Below, one piece after another: positions 11,966 through 24,200 of a DNA stretch of 36,352 nucleotides. The notes beneath the pieces were generated by a model, which saw only the letters and a list, made by a program, of their open reading frames with translations, searched no databases and was not told the origin of the DNA. The position numbers and the translations under genes are program-made. Source of the DNA: Octopus bimaculoides (taxonomy: Eukaryota); the NCBI RefSeq assembly GCF_001194135.2, contig NC_068995.1, positions 51,369,818-51,406,169 on the forward strand. The letters are read 5' to 3'. Within the stretch, counting starts at the first letter, position 1; the number at the start of each line of letters is the position of its first letter.

Positions 11966-12892
11966 TAGTTTTAGGGAAAATAACCAATTTTCAAGAACTC
12001 ATCGATGAAAATCCACTATCACATATAGAAAAATTAATANNNNNNNNNNNNNNNNNNNNNNNNNNNNNNNNNNNNNNNNNNNNNNNNNNNNNNNNNNNNN
12101 NNNNNNNNNNNNNNNNNNNNNNNNNNNNNNNNNNNNNNNNNNNNNNNNNNNNNNNNNNNNNNNNNNNNNNNNNNNNNNNNNNNNNNNNNNNNNNNNNNNN
12201 NNNNNNNNNNNNNNNNNNNNNNNNNNNNNNNNNNNNNNNNNNNNNNNNNNNNNNNNNNNNNNNNNNNNNNNNNNNNNNNNNNNNNNNNNNNNNNNNNNNN
12301 NNNNNNNNNNNNNNNNNNNNNNNNNNNNNNNNNNNNNNNNNNNNNNNNNNNNNNNNNNNNNNNNNNNNNNNNNNNNNNNNNNNNNNNNNNNNNNNNNNNN
12401 NNNNNNNNNNNNNNNNNNNNNNNNNNNNNNNNNNNNNNNNNNNNNNNNNNNNNNNNNNNNNNNNNNNNNNNNNNNNNNNNNNNNNNNNNNNNNNNNNNNN
12501 NNNNNNNNNNNNNNNNNNNNNNNNNNNNNNNNNNNNNNNNNNNNNNNNNNNNNNNNNNNNNNNNNNNNNNNNNNNNNNNNNNNNNNNNNNNNNNNNNNNN
12601 NNNNNNNNNNNNNNNNNNNNNNNNNNNNNNNNNNNNNNNNNNNNNNNNNNNNNNNNNNNNNNNNNNNNNNNNNNNNNNNNNNNNNNNNNNNNNNNNNNNN
12701 NNNNNNNNNNNNNNNNNNNNNNNNNNNNNNNNNNNNNNNNNNNNNNNNNNNNNNNNNNNNNNNNNNNNNNNNNNNNNNNNNNNNNNNNNNNNNNNNNNNN
12801 NNNNNNNNNNNNNNNNNNNNNNNNNNNNNNNNNNNNNNNNNNNNNNNNNNNNNNNNNNNNNNNNNNNNNNNNNNNNNNNNNNNNNNNNNNNN

Positions 12893-12943
<51 letters not shown>

Positions 12944-13174
12944 GTGTGTGTGTGTGTGATTCAAATATTTACATGGTTGATAGAAATCTCATAAATGCTG
13001 CTACCTTGACTAAACATGTATTTCCAGGCAGCCAACTATGAACCTGCCTGTTGTAGTATTATAATCAAATTCTACGCACACACAAGTAAGTTTTTGAAAT
13101 CGTTATCATATTCAGTGAATTAACAAGCAACAAACAATATATTACTGTTGCCCTACATTGCATTGCCAAGCATG

Positions 13175-13370
13175 TGGGAAAATTGTTAGCATGCCGGACA
13201 CGATGCTTCGCGGTATACTGTCCGTCTACACGTTTCACAAGTTCAAATTCTGCCAGCTTGACTTTGCCTTTTATCCTTTCGGAGTCGATAAGATAAGTAC
13301 CAGTTGAGCATTGGGGTCGATATTATCAACTTCTCACTCCCCCGAGCTCTCTGTCCTTGTACTAAAATTA
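13175..13370 (+). mobile_element. SINE family A copy
   Basis: agttcaaattc...ctttgccttttatcctttcggagtcgataagataagtaccag core. Confidence 0.8.
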
Positions 13371-13396
13371 TTAATTATTATTATTATTATTATTAT

Positions 13397-13605
13397 TAAG
13401 GCGTTGAGCTGCCAGAATCGTTTTCAGGCCCGGACAAAATGCCTTGTGGCATTTCGTCTGTCCTTACGTTCTTAGTTCAAATTCTGCGGAGGTCAACTTT
13501 GCCTTTATCCCTTCGGCGTCGATTAAATAAGTACCAGTTACGCACTGGGGTAATCGACTAGTCCCCTCCCCCAAATTCCAGGCGTTGCACCTATAGTAAA
13601 AAGGA
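13397..13605 (+). mobile_element. tRNA-derived SINE (family A), near full length with (ATT)n tail
   Basis: aaggcgttgagctgccagaatcgtt...agttcaaattc (B-box)...gcctttatcccttcggcgtcgattaaataagtaccag; same core recurs at least 12 times in the window. Confidence 0.85.
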
Positions 13606-13952
13606 TTATTATTATTATTATTATTANNNNNNNNNNNNNNNNNNNNNNNNNNNNNNNNNNNNNNNNNNNNNNNNNNNNNNNNNNNNNNNNNNNNNNNNNN
13701 NNNNNNNNNNNNNNNNNNNNNNNNNNNNNNNNNNNNNNNNNNNNNNNNNNNNNNNNNNNNNNNNNNNNNNNNNNNNNNNNNNNNNNNNNNNNNNNNNNNN
13801 NNNNNNNNNNNNNNNNNNNNNNNNNNNNNNNNNNNNNNNNNNNNNNNNNNNNNNNNNNNNNNNNNNNNNNNNNNNNNNNNNNNNNNNNNNNNNNNNNNNN
13901 NNNNNNNNNNNNNNNNNNNNNNNNNNNNNNNNNNNNNNNNNNNNNNNNNNNN

Positions 13953-14035
13953 TCAAAATAAGAAGTGATAAAAATTCAAAATTACAAAATTACAAAATTA
14001 CAGAAATTTTGAATTTTTATCACTTCTTATTTTGA
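13953..14035. repeat. Perfect inverted repeat, 31-bp arms, 21-nt loop, at a gap edge
   Basis: tcaaaataagaagtgataaaaattcaaaatt (13953-13983) is the exact reverse complement of 14005-14035. Confidence 0.95.
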
Positions 14036-14205
14036 ACTCAACAAAGACAGACTTACTGTTGAAATATCGTTCAACTAATAAAATATCTTTCAATCGAATC
14101 GCGCTCTTCGTCTTGACTATTATTATTATTATTATCATTATTATTATTATTGTTATTATTATTATTATATCTGAGAAAGTGGAATCGCCCTCTTGACTCT
14201 TTCAG

Positions 14206-14345
14206 GCTCCCTCATTTTATTGACAAGAGATTTCCATGCAGTTGATATCCAGCTCAGCTGCAACCTTCTGCAGATCAATATTTTTAGTGCCAGTGTGGAC
14301 GTAGAACGACTCGCAGCTATTTACAATTGTGGAGGGGGAGATTAA
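14206..14345 (+). CDS. Candidate terminal exon of the same + strand gene
   Basis: Acceptor ccctcttgactctttcag|GC; phase-1 frame GSLILLTRDFHAVDIQLSCNLLQINIFSASVDVERLAAIYNCGGGD*, followed immediately by AATAAA. An alternative minus-strand reading exists. Confidence 0.3.
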
Positions 14346-14869
14346 AATAAAATAAAGAGAGGATGAAAAACAAAAAAAAAAGGGGACCAAAAATCACGAT
14401 ATGTTCGTTACAGATGTACTCCGGCTGTAGTACGTTCGTAGGATTGTGAATACCTAAGCCCGTCTAAAATACGATTAGTAGAAGCCCCAACCACCTACTC
14501 TACCGCAGGATCAGAACGTTCCATGACGTTCTTAACCCATTAATAGAAGAGGCGCTTTCATTCTAATCACAGTCGTGATCAACCGCCAGGGTCATCCGAA
14601 AAGACTCTAAATTTTGATATAATAAACACATGCGCAATAGAGTGAAAAAGAGATAAATAGATGGAGAGATAAATAAATAGATGGGAACGAGATTGAAGGT
14701 AAGATAACACTTTAGGTAAATAGTTACTGCAATCATAAGTTTTGTATTATCTCGATTATCTCAGACTAGTTCTGTAGCCACTAAGCTTTAGTGATATTCT
14801 GACATAGAGTCAGTGACGCGATGTTTCATAGGAAATTATATAACTGTAACAACAGCAGCAGTAATCCTT

Positions 14870-14963
14870 TCTATTATATGCGCAAGGTCTGAAATCTTGT
14901 GGAAGCCATTTATTTTATCGACTTCGAAAAGATGAAAAGAAAAGTCGACCTCGGCGGAATTTG
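14870..14963 (-). mobile_element. SINE family A partial copy
   Basis: tatcgacttcgaaaagatgaaaagaaaagtcgacctcggcggaatttgaa. Confidence 0.75.
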
Positions 14964-15159
14964 AATAATAATAATAATAACAACAACAATAATAATAATA
15001 ATAACAATAATAATAATAATAATAATAATAATAGTAATAATAACAGCAACAACAACGACAATGGCAATAATGACGATGATGATGATGGTGGTGATGATGA
15101 TGATGATGATGGTGATGGTGATTTTTTTTTATTTAGTGTAAGACTAGCTTATTTGAGGG

Positions 15160-15298
15160 GAAGAAGTTAATCGATATCATTGGCCCTCAGTACCTGTCTG
15201 GTATTTTATTCTATCGATCCCGACCCCCCCCCCAAAAAAAAAAAACCCTCCAGAAAAGGATGAAAGGCAAAGTCGACATCGGCAGGATTTGAACTCAC
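15160..15298 (-). mobile_element. SINE family A partial copy
   Basis: gaaaaggatgaaaggcaaagtcgacatcggcaggatttgaactc. Confidence 0.75.
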
Positions 15299-16197
15299 GT
15301 TTATAGCAACTAAGAAATACTTGTTTAACGATGTTGAAAGATGATTATGATGATAATAATAATAATAATAACAACAACAACAACAGTATAATAATAATAA
15401 TAATAATAATAATAANNNNNNNNNNNNNNNNNNNNNNNNNNNNNNNNNNNNNNNNNNNNNNNNNNNNNNNNNNNNNNNNNNNNNNNNNNNNNNNNNNNNN
15501 NNNNNNNNNNNNNNNNNNNNNNNNNNNNNNNNNNNNNNNNNNNNNNNNNNNNNNNNNNNNNNNNNNNNNNNNNNNNNNNNNNNNNNNNNNNNNNNNNNNN
15601 NNNNNNNNNNNNNNNNNNNNNNNNNNNNNNNNNNNNNNNNNNNNNNNNNNNNNNNNNNNNNNNNNNNNNNNNNNNNNNNNNNNNNNNNNNNNNNNNNNNN
15701 NNNNNNNNNNNNNNNNNNNNNNNNNNNNNNNNNNNNNNNNNNNNNNNNNNNNNNNNNNNNNNNNNNNNNNNNNNNNNNNNNNNNNNNNNNNNNNNNNNNN
15801 NNNNNNNNNNNNNNNNNNNNNNNNNNNNNNNNNNNNNNNNNNNNNNNNNNNNNNNNNNNNNNNNNATACTTATACATTTACATATATCATAAATAAATAA
15901 GGTAAACCTGCAAAAAAAAGTATGGAGTTCATTTGAGACAGAGATCCTAACAAGCCTTCTGTAGTCTAATCGAAAACAAATTCAATCGGCTAGCGATCGG
16001 TTACACACTTCGATTCATGCCAGTGGGCTTGTCTTTTTTTTCTTTCTTGTCTCAAATTGGTGCTGATAATGAATAATATTGATTTTTCTTTGTTTTTCTT
16101 TTTTAAATGTTTTCCATCATAATTGGAATGGTAGCAATCATACGCAAGAACATAACATAGACAGACAAAGATTACAAACAATAACTTCCACGTTATT

Positions 16198-17891
16198 TCA
16201 GACGTTATTGAAGACTTGGTTTGTATATCCGTGGTTGTCACTCGGAAGGAATGTATCTTTGTAAAAACCCCTACGATTCTTTGGAACACGCTTATTAAAA
16301 TCCCTACGTATAGTTTTCAATCTGTCATGATATATTCTTTCGTAAACACTCTTCGGTGGTTCTTCTTCTATAGATTCGTCAATTGGATAATCCTCTTCAG
16401 GAAGCTGGCCTTCGTATACAGAGTCTTCCTCATCACTGGAGTAATCTGGCTGGATGTCTATATCTCTTGAGGCCGATGCCATGCTTCGGATCACATTTTC
16501 TATCATACGGTTTTTCTCTACCTCGTTTGACAAGATGTGCGTGGTGGACATGAGATGCAAAAAGGTCCCCCAACGATGCATGCACATTCCGACAAATTGA
16601 AATGTAAGCACGAGGCCAAAGACTGTCAGAAATATCACAGATATTGGTTCGTATTTTTTCAATATAAAGAACGGTAACAGTTCATGTTTCATGGTTTGTA
16701 ACTGCATAACAGCAACACTCCACAAGAGATTGAGCAGGAAATAACCAAACACGACATTGTTTCGAGTCGTGTCTAAATCTCTTTTGATCCTTTCTTTCTC
16801 GTCTTTGTCCTCTTTTAAAGGATACAGATACTTTCGAAGTATATAATTCCAGAATTTCACTTCATCGTCGTTCACGCAACATTCTTCTCCGTTGCCTAGA
16901 TACTCTAACTTCCGCCAGTAGAAAGGGTCTACTTTTAAATGTAAGTCATCAGGGATTTTAGTCCGTATTACTTTTACTCCGGCCTGGATTGACTGTAACT
17001 GTGTGGTCGGCTTTTGGTTTTCTACATCGGATGCAGGATCAAATGCTCGCGTTTCCGTACTCTCCCCGGGTTTCTTACCAAGAATATCGTAAATAAATTT
17101 CTTGAAGTCGTCAATGATTGGTCTTAAGCTGTTCAAATTAAAGAGACTGAAAATCGTCTTCCTTTTGTCGTCGTTCGCCTTTTTCACAGCTTCATCTTCA
17201 GAAACTTTCGGATTTTCTCGAGTACCCCACGACACATTATTCAAATTGCAGAGAAAATAGACCGTGAGGAAAATAAACGACGATGGCACAGTGAGAAAAT
17301 ATAAAATACCATGTATAAGACAAACGATTTCTCGAGGATGTAAAAGGCCACAGACGGAAAATATAATAGCAAGACCAGCGAGGAAGACGACATTAGGTGA
17401 AATTAAATCTTCATCAAGGATGTTGACAAGCGTTCCGACGGTTACGACAACCATAACTACAGTATAAACGCTGGTCATGAAAGCGGCAAACGTTATCTGA
17501 GTGCTGGTCTTAGCCTTTAAACAAACGACGATAAAGATAATAACAGGCACAAGGGAAAGGGCAAATGACTTCCACATGCTCAGCTTGAGTACTGCACTGT
17601 AGGAGCCAGCAATCATCAAAATCACAGTAGCCGGGGCTAATATACTGGACGTCATTAAGATAAATTGATATAATATAAACAGAGCACTGATGTTATCGTT
17701 TAAGCTAACTGTAACCCTCCATGTTGATAGAAGATCCATGATATTGGCGATTGTTGAGGGCGCCCATCGACGTCTTTGGATGAAGAAATCATGAAAGCTC
17801 TCTGGTGCGAATGTAAATGCATCAGCTCCGGCACAATAGTCGATTTTATATCCTTGCTGTAGTAAAAGGGTACACAGCCAACGATCTTCCC
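16198..17891 (-). CDS. CHS: CHS terminal exon (1694 nt): GEDRW, QRRRW, C-terminal TM helices, SWGTRE, stop
   Basis: Acceptor ttcttttag|GG GAA GAT CGT TGG (phase 1). Translates GEDRWLCTLLLQQG...FFIQRRRWAPSTIANIMDLL and continues into the 513-aa ORF to TAA at 16198. Confidence 0.95.
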
Positions 17892-18739
17892 CTAAAAGAA
17901 ACAGAGAATATAAAAGAGGTTATAGAAAATGAAACATAAAGAAAAAATGTGAAGGAACCTGTTAAAATAGAAAAAGAAAATCAAGTTATGCATAAAATAA
18001 GAATCGAAAATGAATATTGTGAGTAATTCGTTCTGCTAGAGATAGAAAGTTTGGAATCTTGTTATAAGGATGAAAGGGACAGTAGACCTCAGCAGAATTT
18101 GAACTCGGAATGTAAAATTGAGGGAGTGGGTTAGCCGATTATATGGACTTCAGTGCTGAACTGGTACTTATTTTATCAACCCAATAAGCATAAAAGTGAC
18201 AGTAGACTTCGGTGGAATTTGAACCCGGAATGTAAAGTTGGCAGAAATACCGTTAATCATATTGTTTGGTGTGTTAACCATTCTACCAGCTCACTGTCTT
18301 AACATTGCGAATAATGATTTCTCATTCTAATTTATTTTAGTTAATTTTATATCACAAATGGTTTTCACCTGACCAATCACTGGTTCCGTGCATTTACGAT
18401 AGCCTGAGTGACAAGGGGATATATATGAAACTCAGTACAGAACAAATATAACAAGGGAATAATATTGATCGGAAAACATTGTTTTTACATTTTCGTTGAT
18501 GTTTTTCTTCTACATTTCATCAATATACATCGTCGAAAGATCTCGTACATACATACATACATACATACATACATGAATACATGCGTAAATGCATGTATAA
18601 ATACACACATACATACGTATATACATACGTATATACATATGTACTGGTATGCATACATACGTACATACAAACAGATACACATACGTACGCACATATTGAT
18701 AATGTTAGTAGTGAAATCTGATTCTTTTATTAGCATTAT

Positions 18740-18777
<38 letters not shown>

Positions 18778-19256
18778 CACAGTGTATATGCATTGATTAT
18801 GATACATAGATGACTATTTTGATACTGATTTAATTGCAGATACCAGATATGTGTGTGTGTGTGTATGAATATGTATGTGCATGTGCGTATCCATTCTTCC
18901 TGACGAACATATACGCACATCATATATGTTAACTTGCTCATGCATCTGTACACAAACACGAGCACACAAACGCATGCACAAAACACACGCACACTTATAT
19001 GGAGAGTAAAAGCATATGTGTACCTTGTTCATACTGGATGAAGTCACGCGCTTTCACAGGTTTCCGAGTGTATGCTCTGATGACGTTATCGTCCATGATA
19101 GCGGAGGCACGGAACAAAGAAAAACAACCTGGACAGCAAAGAACGCAACCAAAAACATGTTCTGCAGCCTTTTGCAGCCAATGGCCTACAGCGTACTCAA
19201 ACTGTTGATACCATACCATGGGTCCTGTGTGATGAATAGAAGAGGAAAAGAATAAA

Positions 19257-19316
<60 letters not shown>

Positions 19317-21039
19317 TTATTAATATTTCTAAGTCTCTCTAAAGGAGACTACGGCAGCGGTACTGGAAATTAATAGTTATCGCCAAGCCAACATGGCAGT
19401 CCCAAAATTCACGGCAGCTTTCGTCCTAATTAAAATACCTTTAAAGGTGAAAATTATAAACAATTATAAACAAGGCATAGAAGTCTTTTTTCTTTTGCCC
19501 TTAAAAATCGATCAATAAAATATAAGTTCCAGTTTTAAGAGAGGAACTAAGTTTGACTAAATTTAGTTCAGTTTTTCGTCCTCCAAAACATAGATAATAT
19601 TAAATCAAACTTTCAATTCCATACAATCACCGCTGCTAAACACTTTTCGTTCGCTACTGATATATACTGATATACTAATGTGACGAACACAGCAGTTTTG
19701 AGGCTTTCTACAGTGTGTCTTTCATTAAGTATGATATACAGAATGCTATTCCAAAAATATAAATGGGCTTGTAATTTTAACTAACCTGACCCAACTGGAT
19801 GAATTCTTCCACAGACGGCACCGACCTTAGAATTCTTCAGCATTCGATCAATAAGAAGTTTGACAGAATTGGGTTTAAAATCCACATCACCATCCAATGT
19901 CAAAATAAAGGTTTTTTCAATCTGAATGAAAGCAAATGAATAATAAAATAAAACTGGATGTCAATCGATGCATTTTAGAGGACTTGCCATCTTTTAAACT
20001 AGGACAGCTTTCAATCTGAAGATTCAGTGGAGAAAGAAGAAGAAGAAGAAGAAGAAGAAGAAGAAGAAGAAGAAGAAGAAGAAGAAGAAGAAGAGTTGAA
20101 GAAGAAGAGTTGAAGAAGAAGAAAAGGGATAAAGAATAAAAGAAGAGGACAAAAGAGTTAAAAAGAAATAGAAAAAGGAAAAATAGTACGATTGCGAATA
20201 TAAGGGGCCAAAATGGGTTTCCTCCGAAGGATCCCTAGAGTAAGGTTACTCGACAGGGGGCGTAGCTCGGAGACCAAGGAGTCTCTCTTCAATTCGAGTC
20301 ACTACTTCTCCGCATTGAGAGCTCACAGGTCCAGTACTACGGACATGCATGTGATTAGAATGTGGCAGGAAAGAATCGAAAGACGGATTCTTCAAGTAGA
20401 GCAAATCGGGAAGAAACGAAGGAGTAGACCAAGAACGAAAGATGGCTTGATTAATATTCATTGTTTCTGTTAGTCACATTTGGGAATCCAGCTTGGAAAT
20501 CAAATGACGATTGTTTCTGATAAGACACTATAGAGTTGGTGCCCGAAAAAATCTACCCTCTCCCCACGACCTTCCCAGAAACAATGGACAGAGATGGATG
20601 GATAGGATGGAAGTAGAATGGCCTCTAACAAAAAAAAAAAAAGAAAAAAAAGAAAAAGAATTATGAAAGGAGACTCATAATATACAAAAATCAAGGAAGG
20701 TAAATAACAACAATTGTTTACCCTTTTGAAATCTTCATCGGAGAGGTGGTTCAGGATGGATGCATTGGAATGGCTTTTAGTTTTACGTTTTTTGAGGCCA
20801 GGAACTTCAGTACTCACACAGATTTCATTGTCTGTTCCTCGATCACCAAACATTTTAAAGCCCAATAGNNNNNNNNNNNNNNNNNNNNNNNNNNNNNNNN
20901 NNNNNNNNNNNNNNNNNNNNNNNNNNNNNNNNNNNNNNNNNNNNNNNNNNNNNNNNNNNNNNNNNNNNNNNNNNNNNNNNNNNNNNNNNNNNNNNNNNNN
21001 NNNNNNNNNNNNNNNNNNNNNNNNNNNNNNNNNNNNNNN

Positions 21040-21113
<74 letters not shown>

Positions 21114-21228
21114 TAATAATAATAATAATAATAATAACAATAATAACAACAATAATAATAAAAATAATAATATATTTAAAAAAAGATTGACGTAACTCTT
21201 CACAAAGGCAAACAGTCAAGACGAAATT

Positions 21229-21272
<44 letters not shown>

Positions 21273-24200
21273 AATTTGCGTTAGATGTGTCATTCAGAAA
21301 CTCTCGCGTCTTCAAAAAGGACATATTGCTTAATGTAGTCAGGCGTGGAGTATTGCTGAAGAAAAAAAAGTTCAGTTTATGCCATGAAAGCCTTTGAATA
21401 TGGATTTGTTCGTTTAGGGTACACTTGGGTATAAATGATGGCGATGATGACGACGAAGACATGACCACCATCACCGAATATACTGTAGGAAATTTAAAAA
21501 AAGTACAACACAGACACACTTAAATATAAGCAAAAGGTATTTACTGACCTGTGACCATCTCTTTTTGTGTCTGATTTTATCTTTATCCTTAAGATGAATA
21601 ATCATTTGGGTATCACCTGGCATTACAAGCTCCAATCTGCCCCCGTAAGGTGTCGACACTTTTTTGAAATCATTCAGACGGATAAAACCTTTAGCAACTG
21701 ACCTGCGAAAAAAAAAAAAATGAAGTCAGTTTTGTCCATATTTCATGTTAGGAAAATACGGGACTGAAGACGTTTGCCGATGGACTGTGTTGGTGACAGA
21801 CACAAAGGTAGTTCGATAAATTTAGTTATGAAAAGTGAGGACTAATGTTTCGGACTCTTATACTTTGTCCTAAAAGGTGTGTATGTATATGAGAGAGAGA
21901 TAGAGAGAGAAAGAGAGACAGAATGAGATAGAGAGAGGTGGAGGAAGTAAGGTTATTGCTTGGTTTGTAGGAAGTACAAAGAAAGAAACTGAAATGAAGT
22001 TCCGAGAGAAATAGTCATTTAGATTCCTTGTTCTTTGATCCCTTTCATCGATCAGGTTTATGATCAAAAGTATTCCAGCTATGACGTGACCATCACGTTT
22101 GTTTCCAATTTGTAGAGAATCCACTTTCACATTGACTAATAAAGAACTTTTCTCAGTCGATAAGGTGTGATGTGAGTGTGATTTGGCTGCTCTTTCTAGT
22201 TACCACTCCACGAGTTTGCCAAAAGTGGGTCCAAGCGAGTTTGTTTTTAAAAATTTGTCTAAAATACAATTGATCCTCATTGTTCTCTTAATACTTTGCA
22301 TTTTTGGTAGTTTGGAGGCAAAGCTTGATCGCAAAGCTTGCTGCAGTTTCAGCGGCATCCAATATATGATTATGGTCGTTGGAAGATTTCACAATTTCAT
22401 TCCTTACATTAATGAATGCAAAAGAATTAAAGAAAGCAAGGCCTTGAAATGTAATCATAATTCTTCCTGGAGAAAATAAAAAAAAAAACATCTGGCCTTC
22501 CAATTAAAAAAAACATCAATACCAAAAATTCCTTTCCCTCCCCACCTAAAGGGTCATTCAAAAAGAAAGTTTGACCACACTGATACAAAAGCCATACCTC
22601 CCCCTCCCTCCCAAACTGTTTTCTTCTTTCTTTTTCCCGTCTGCAAACCACCAAAACACTCCCATATGAGTATGTATGTGTGTTTACCACAACCAAATTT
22701 TGATAATTCTATATAAGCGACACCAGATATCAACACCTACCAACACCTTCTTTTTCTCTACCACCCCTACCACCCCTACCACCCCCTTATACACCAGTGC
22801 CCACCTGGACCATCTCAACACCCACCGGGGGCGGTAACGCCCACTTTGAGAGCCTATGCTTAACAGTAATTATGCGAGCACGGCATTTTGATTTTGATAT
22901 TTTTCGCACTTCCAATAAACGCGTTCACCATTTCCACCATTCTTATAGTATGTATGTCCATTATCAACCAACTTCTTACGACCTATTTCTGATTCAGCAA
23001 ATTCAGCAGACATCTTTGGCTATGAGTCTTTTCACTGTGAATAATTCCAAATAAGAAATTCTTTTTAGAAAATAACTAGTTGTTTTTAGTAAACAACTAG
23101 TTTTATTCCATATCATCGCAAACAACTATTTATACTCGATAGCATGAGTAAACAAATATTACGTTCCACTTCCTACGAATTCAACAAAAAAGAAACAATT
23201 TTTCTTTTTTAGTCAAATTGTGTTTTAGACAAATTGTTTTAAACAGATTGCATTTAGATCAATTGTATTCTTAGACGAATAGTTTTAGACAAGCTCGCCG
23301 GATACCGCCAAAAGTAATGATGACTAATAAATACTTAGTGCTGTATAATTTCCTCACTGTCCTGTTTTTAGGACTCTATGCATAAATGGGTTGTGTTCTA
23401 TCGACTTTATCTTTCCTCACCCCGGGGTTAATAAAATTAGTACCAGTCATGTGCTGAGATAAATTTACTCGACCCCACACCTTCCACACATATTCGTGGC
23501 CCTGTGTTAATGTTTCAAATGATTATTTATGTATTTTTCTGGTTTAGTTACTAGATTTCGTTTATACCACAAGAGAAATAGAAAATTGTACTTTTAGATA
23601 ACAGATAGACACCTTAGAAAACATGGCCTCGTTCTCTCTGCTGTTTTTTATTCAAATATTTTCAATATTGTTAACCTTCAGGTAATGTCGTGAAAGGCAA
23701 AAGGAAAAGAAAGTGGTGAACAAGACTCCATAGACTGTCTAACAAAAATGCACGCACACATTTACACACTTTCACACACGCAGTAGAGGCGCATGGTTTA
23801 GTGGTTAAGATGTTGGACACATGATCGTAAGACAGTGGTTTCGATTCCTGGACCGGGCAATGCGTTGTGTTCTTGAGCAAAGCACTTCATTTCACGTTGC
23901 TCCAGTCCACTCAGCAGGCAAAAATAAGTTATCGTGGAACAAACTAGCAACCTGTCCGTGTTGGGGAATATAAAGGCCACAGAAACCAAGAAATGAGCCC
24001 TTATGAGTTTATGTCTCGGGAAACGCACACACATATGACGGGGTTCCGGCACATTTTCCGCCTACCAAATTTCACTTCTAAGGCAATTTGTCAACTTAAA
24101 TCTACGACGGAAGACACTTGCTCACTGTACACCCTCACGTAGTAGGATCGAACTTGAAACTGTGTAGTTTCGTTGTAAGCTTTTTAACCACACATCTCTA

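Noticed and set aside
14217-14316. Minus-strand frame CESFYVHTGTKNIDLQKVAAELDINCMEISCQ* after an acceptor-like aaatag
   Set aside because: No upstream partner exon identified. It competes with the + strand reading and abuts an (AAT)n tract like a decayed LINE end. Unresolved, not annotated.
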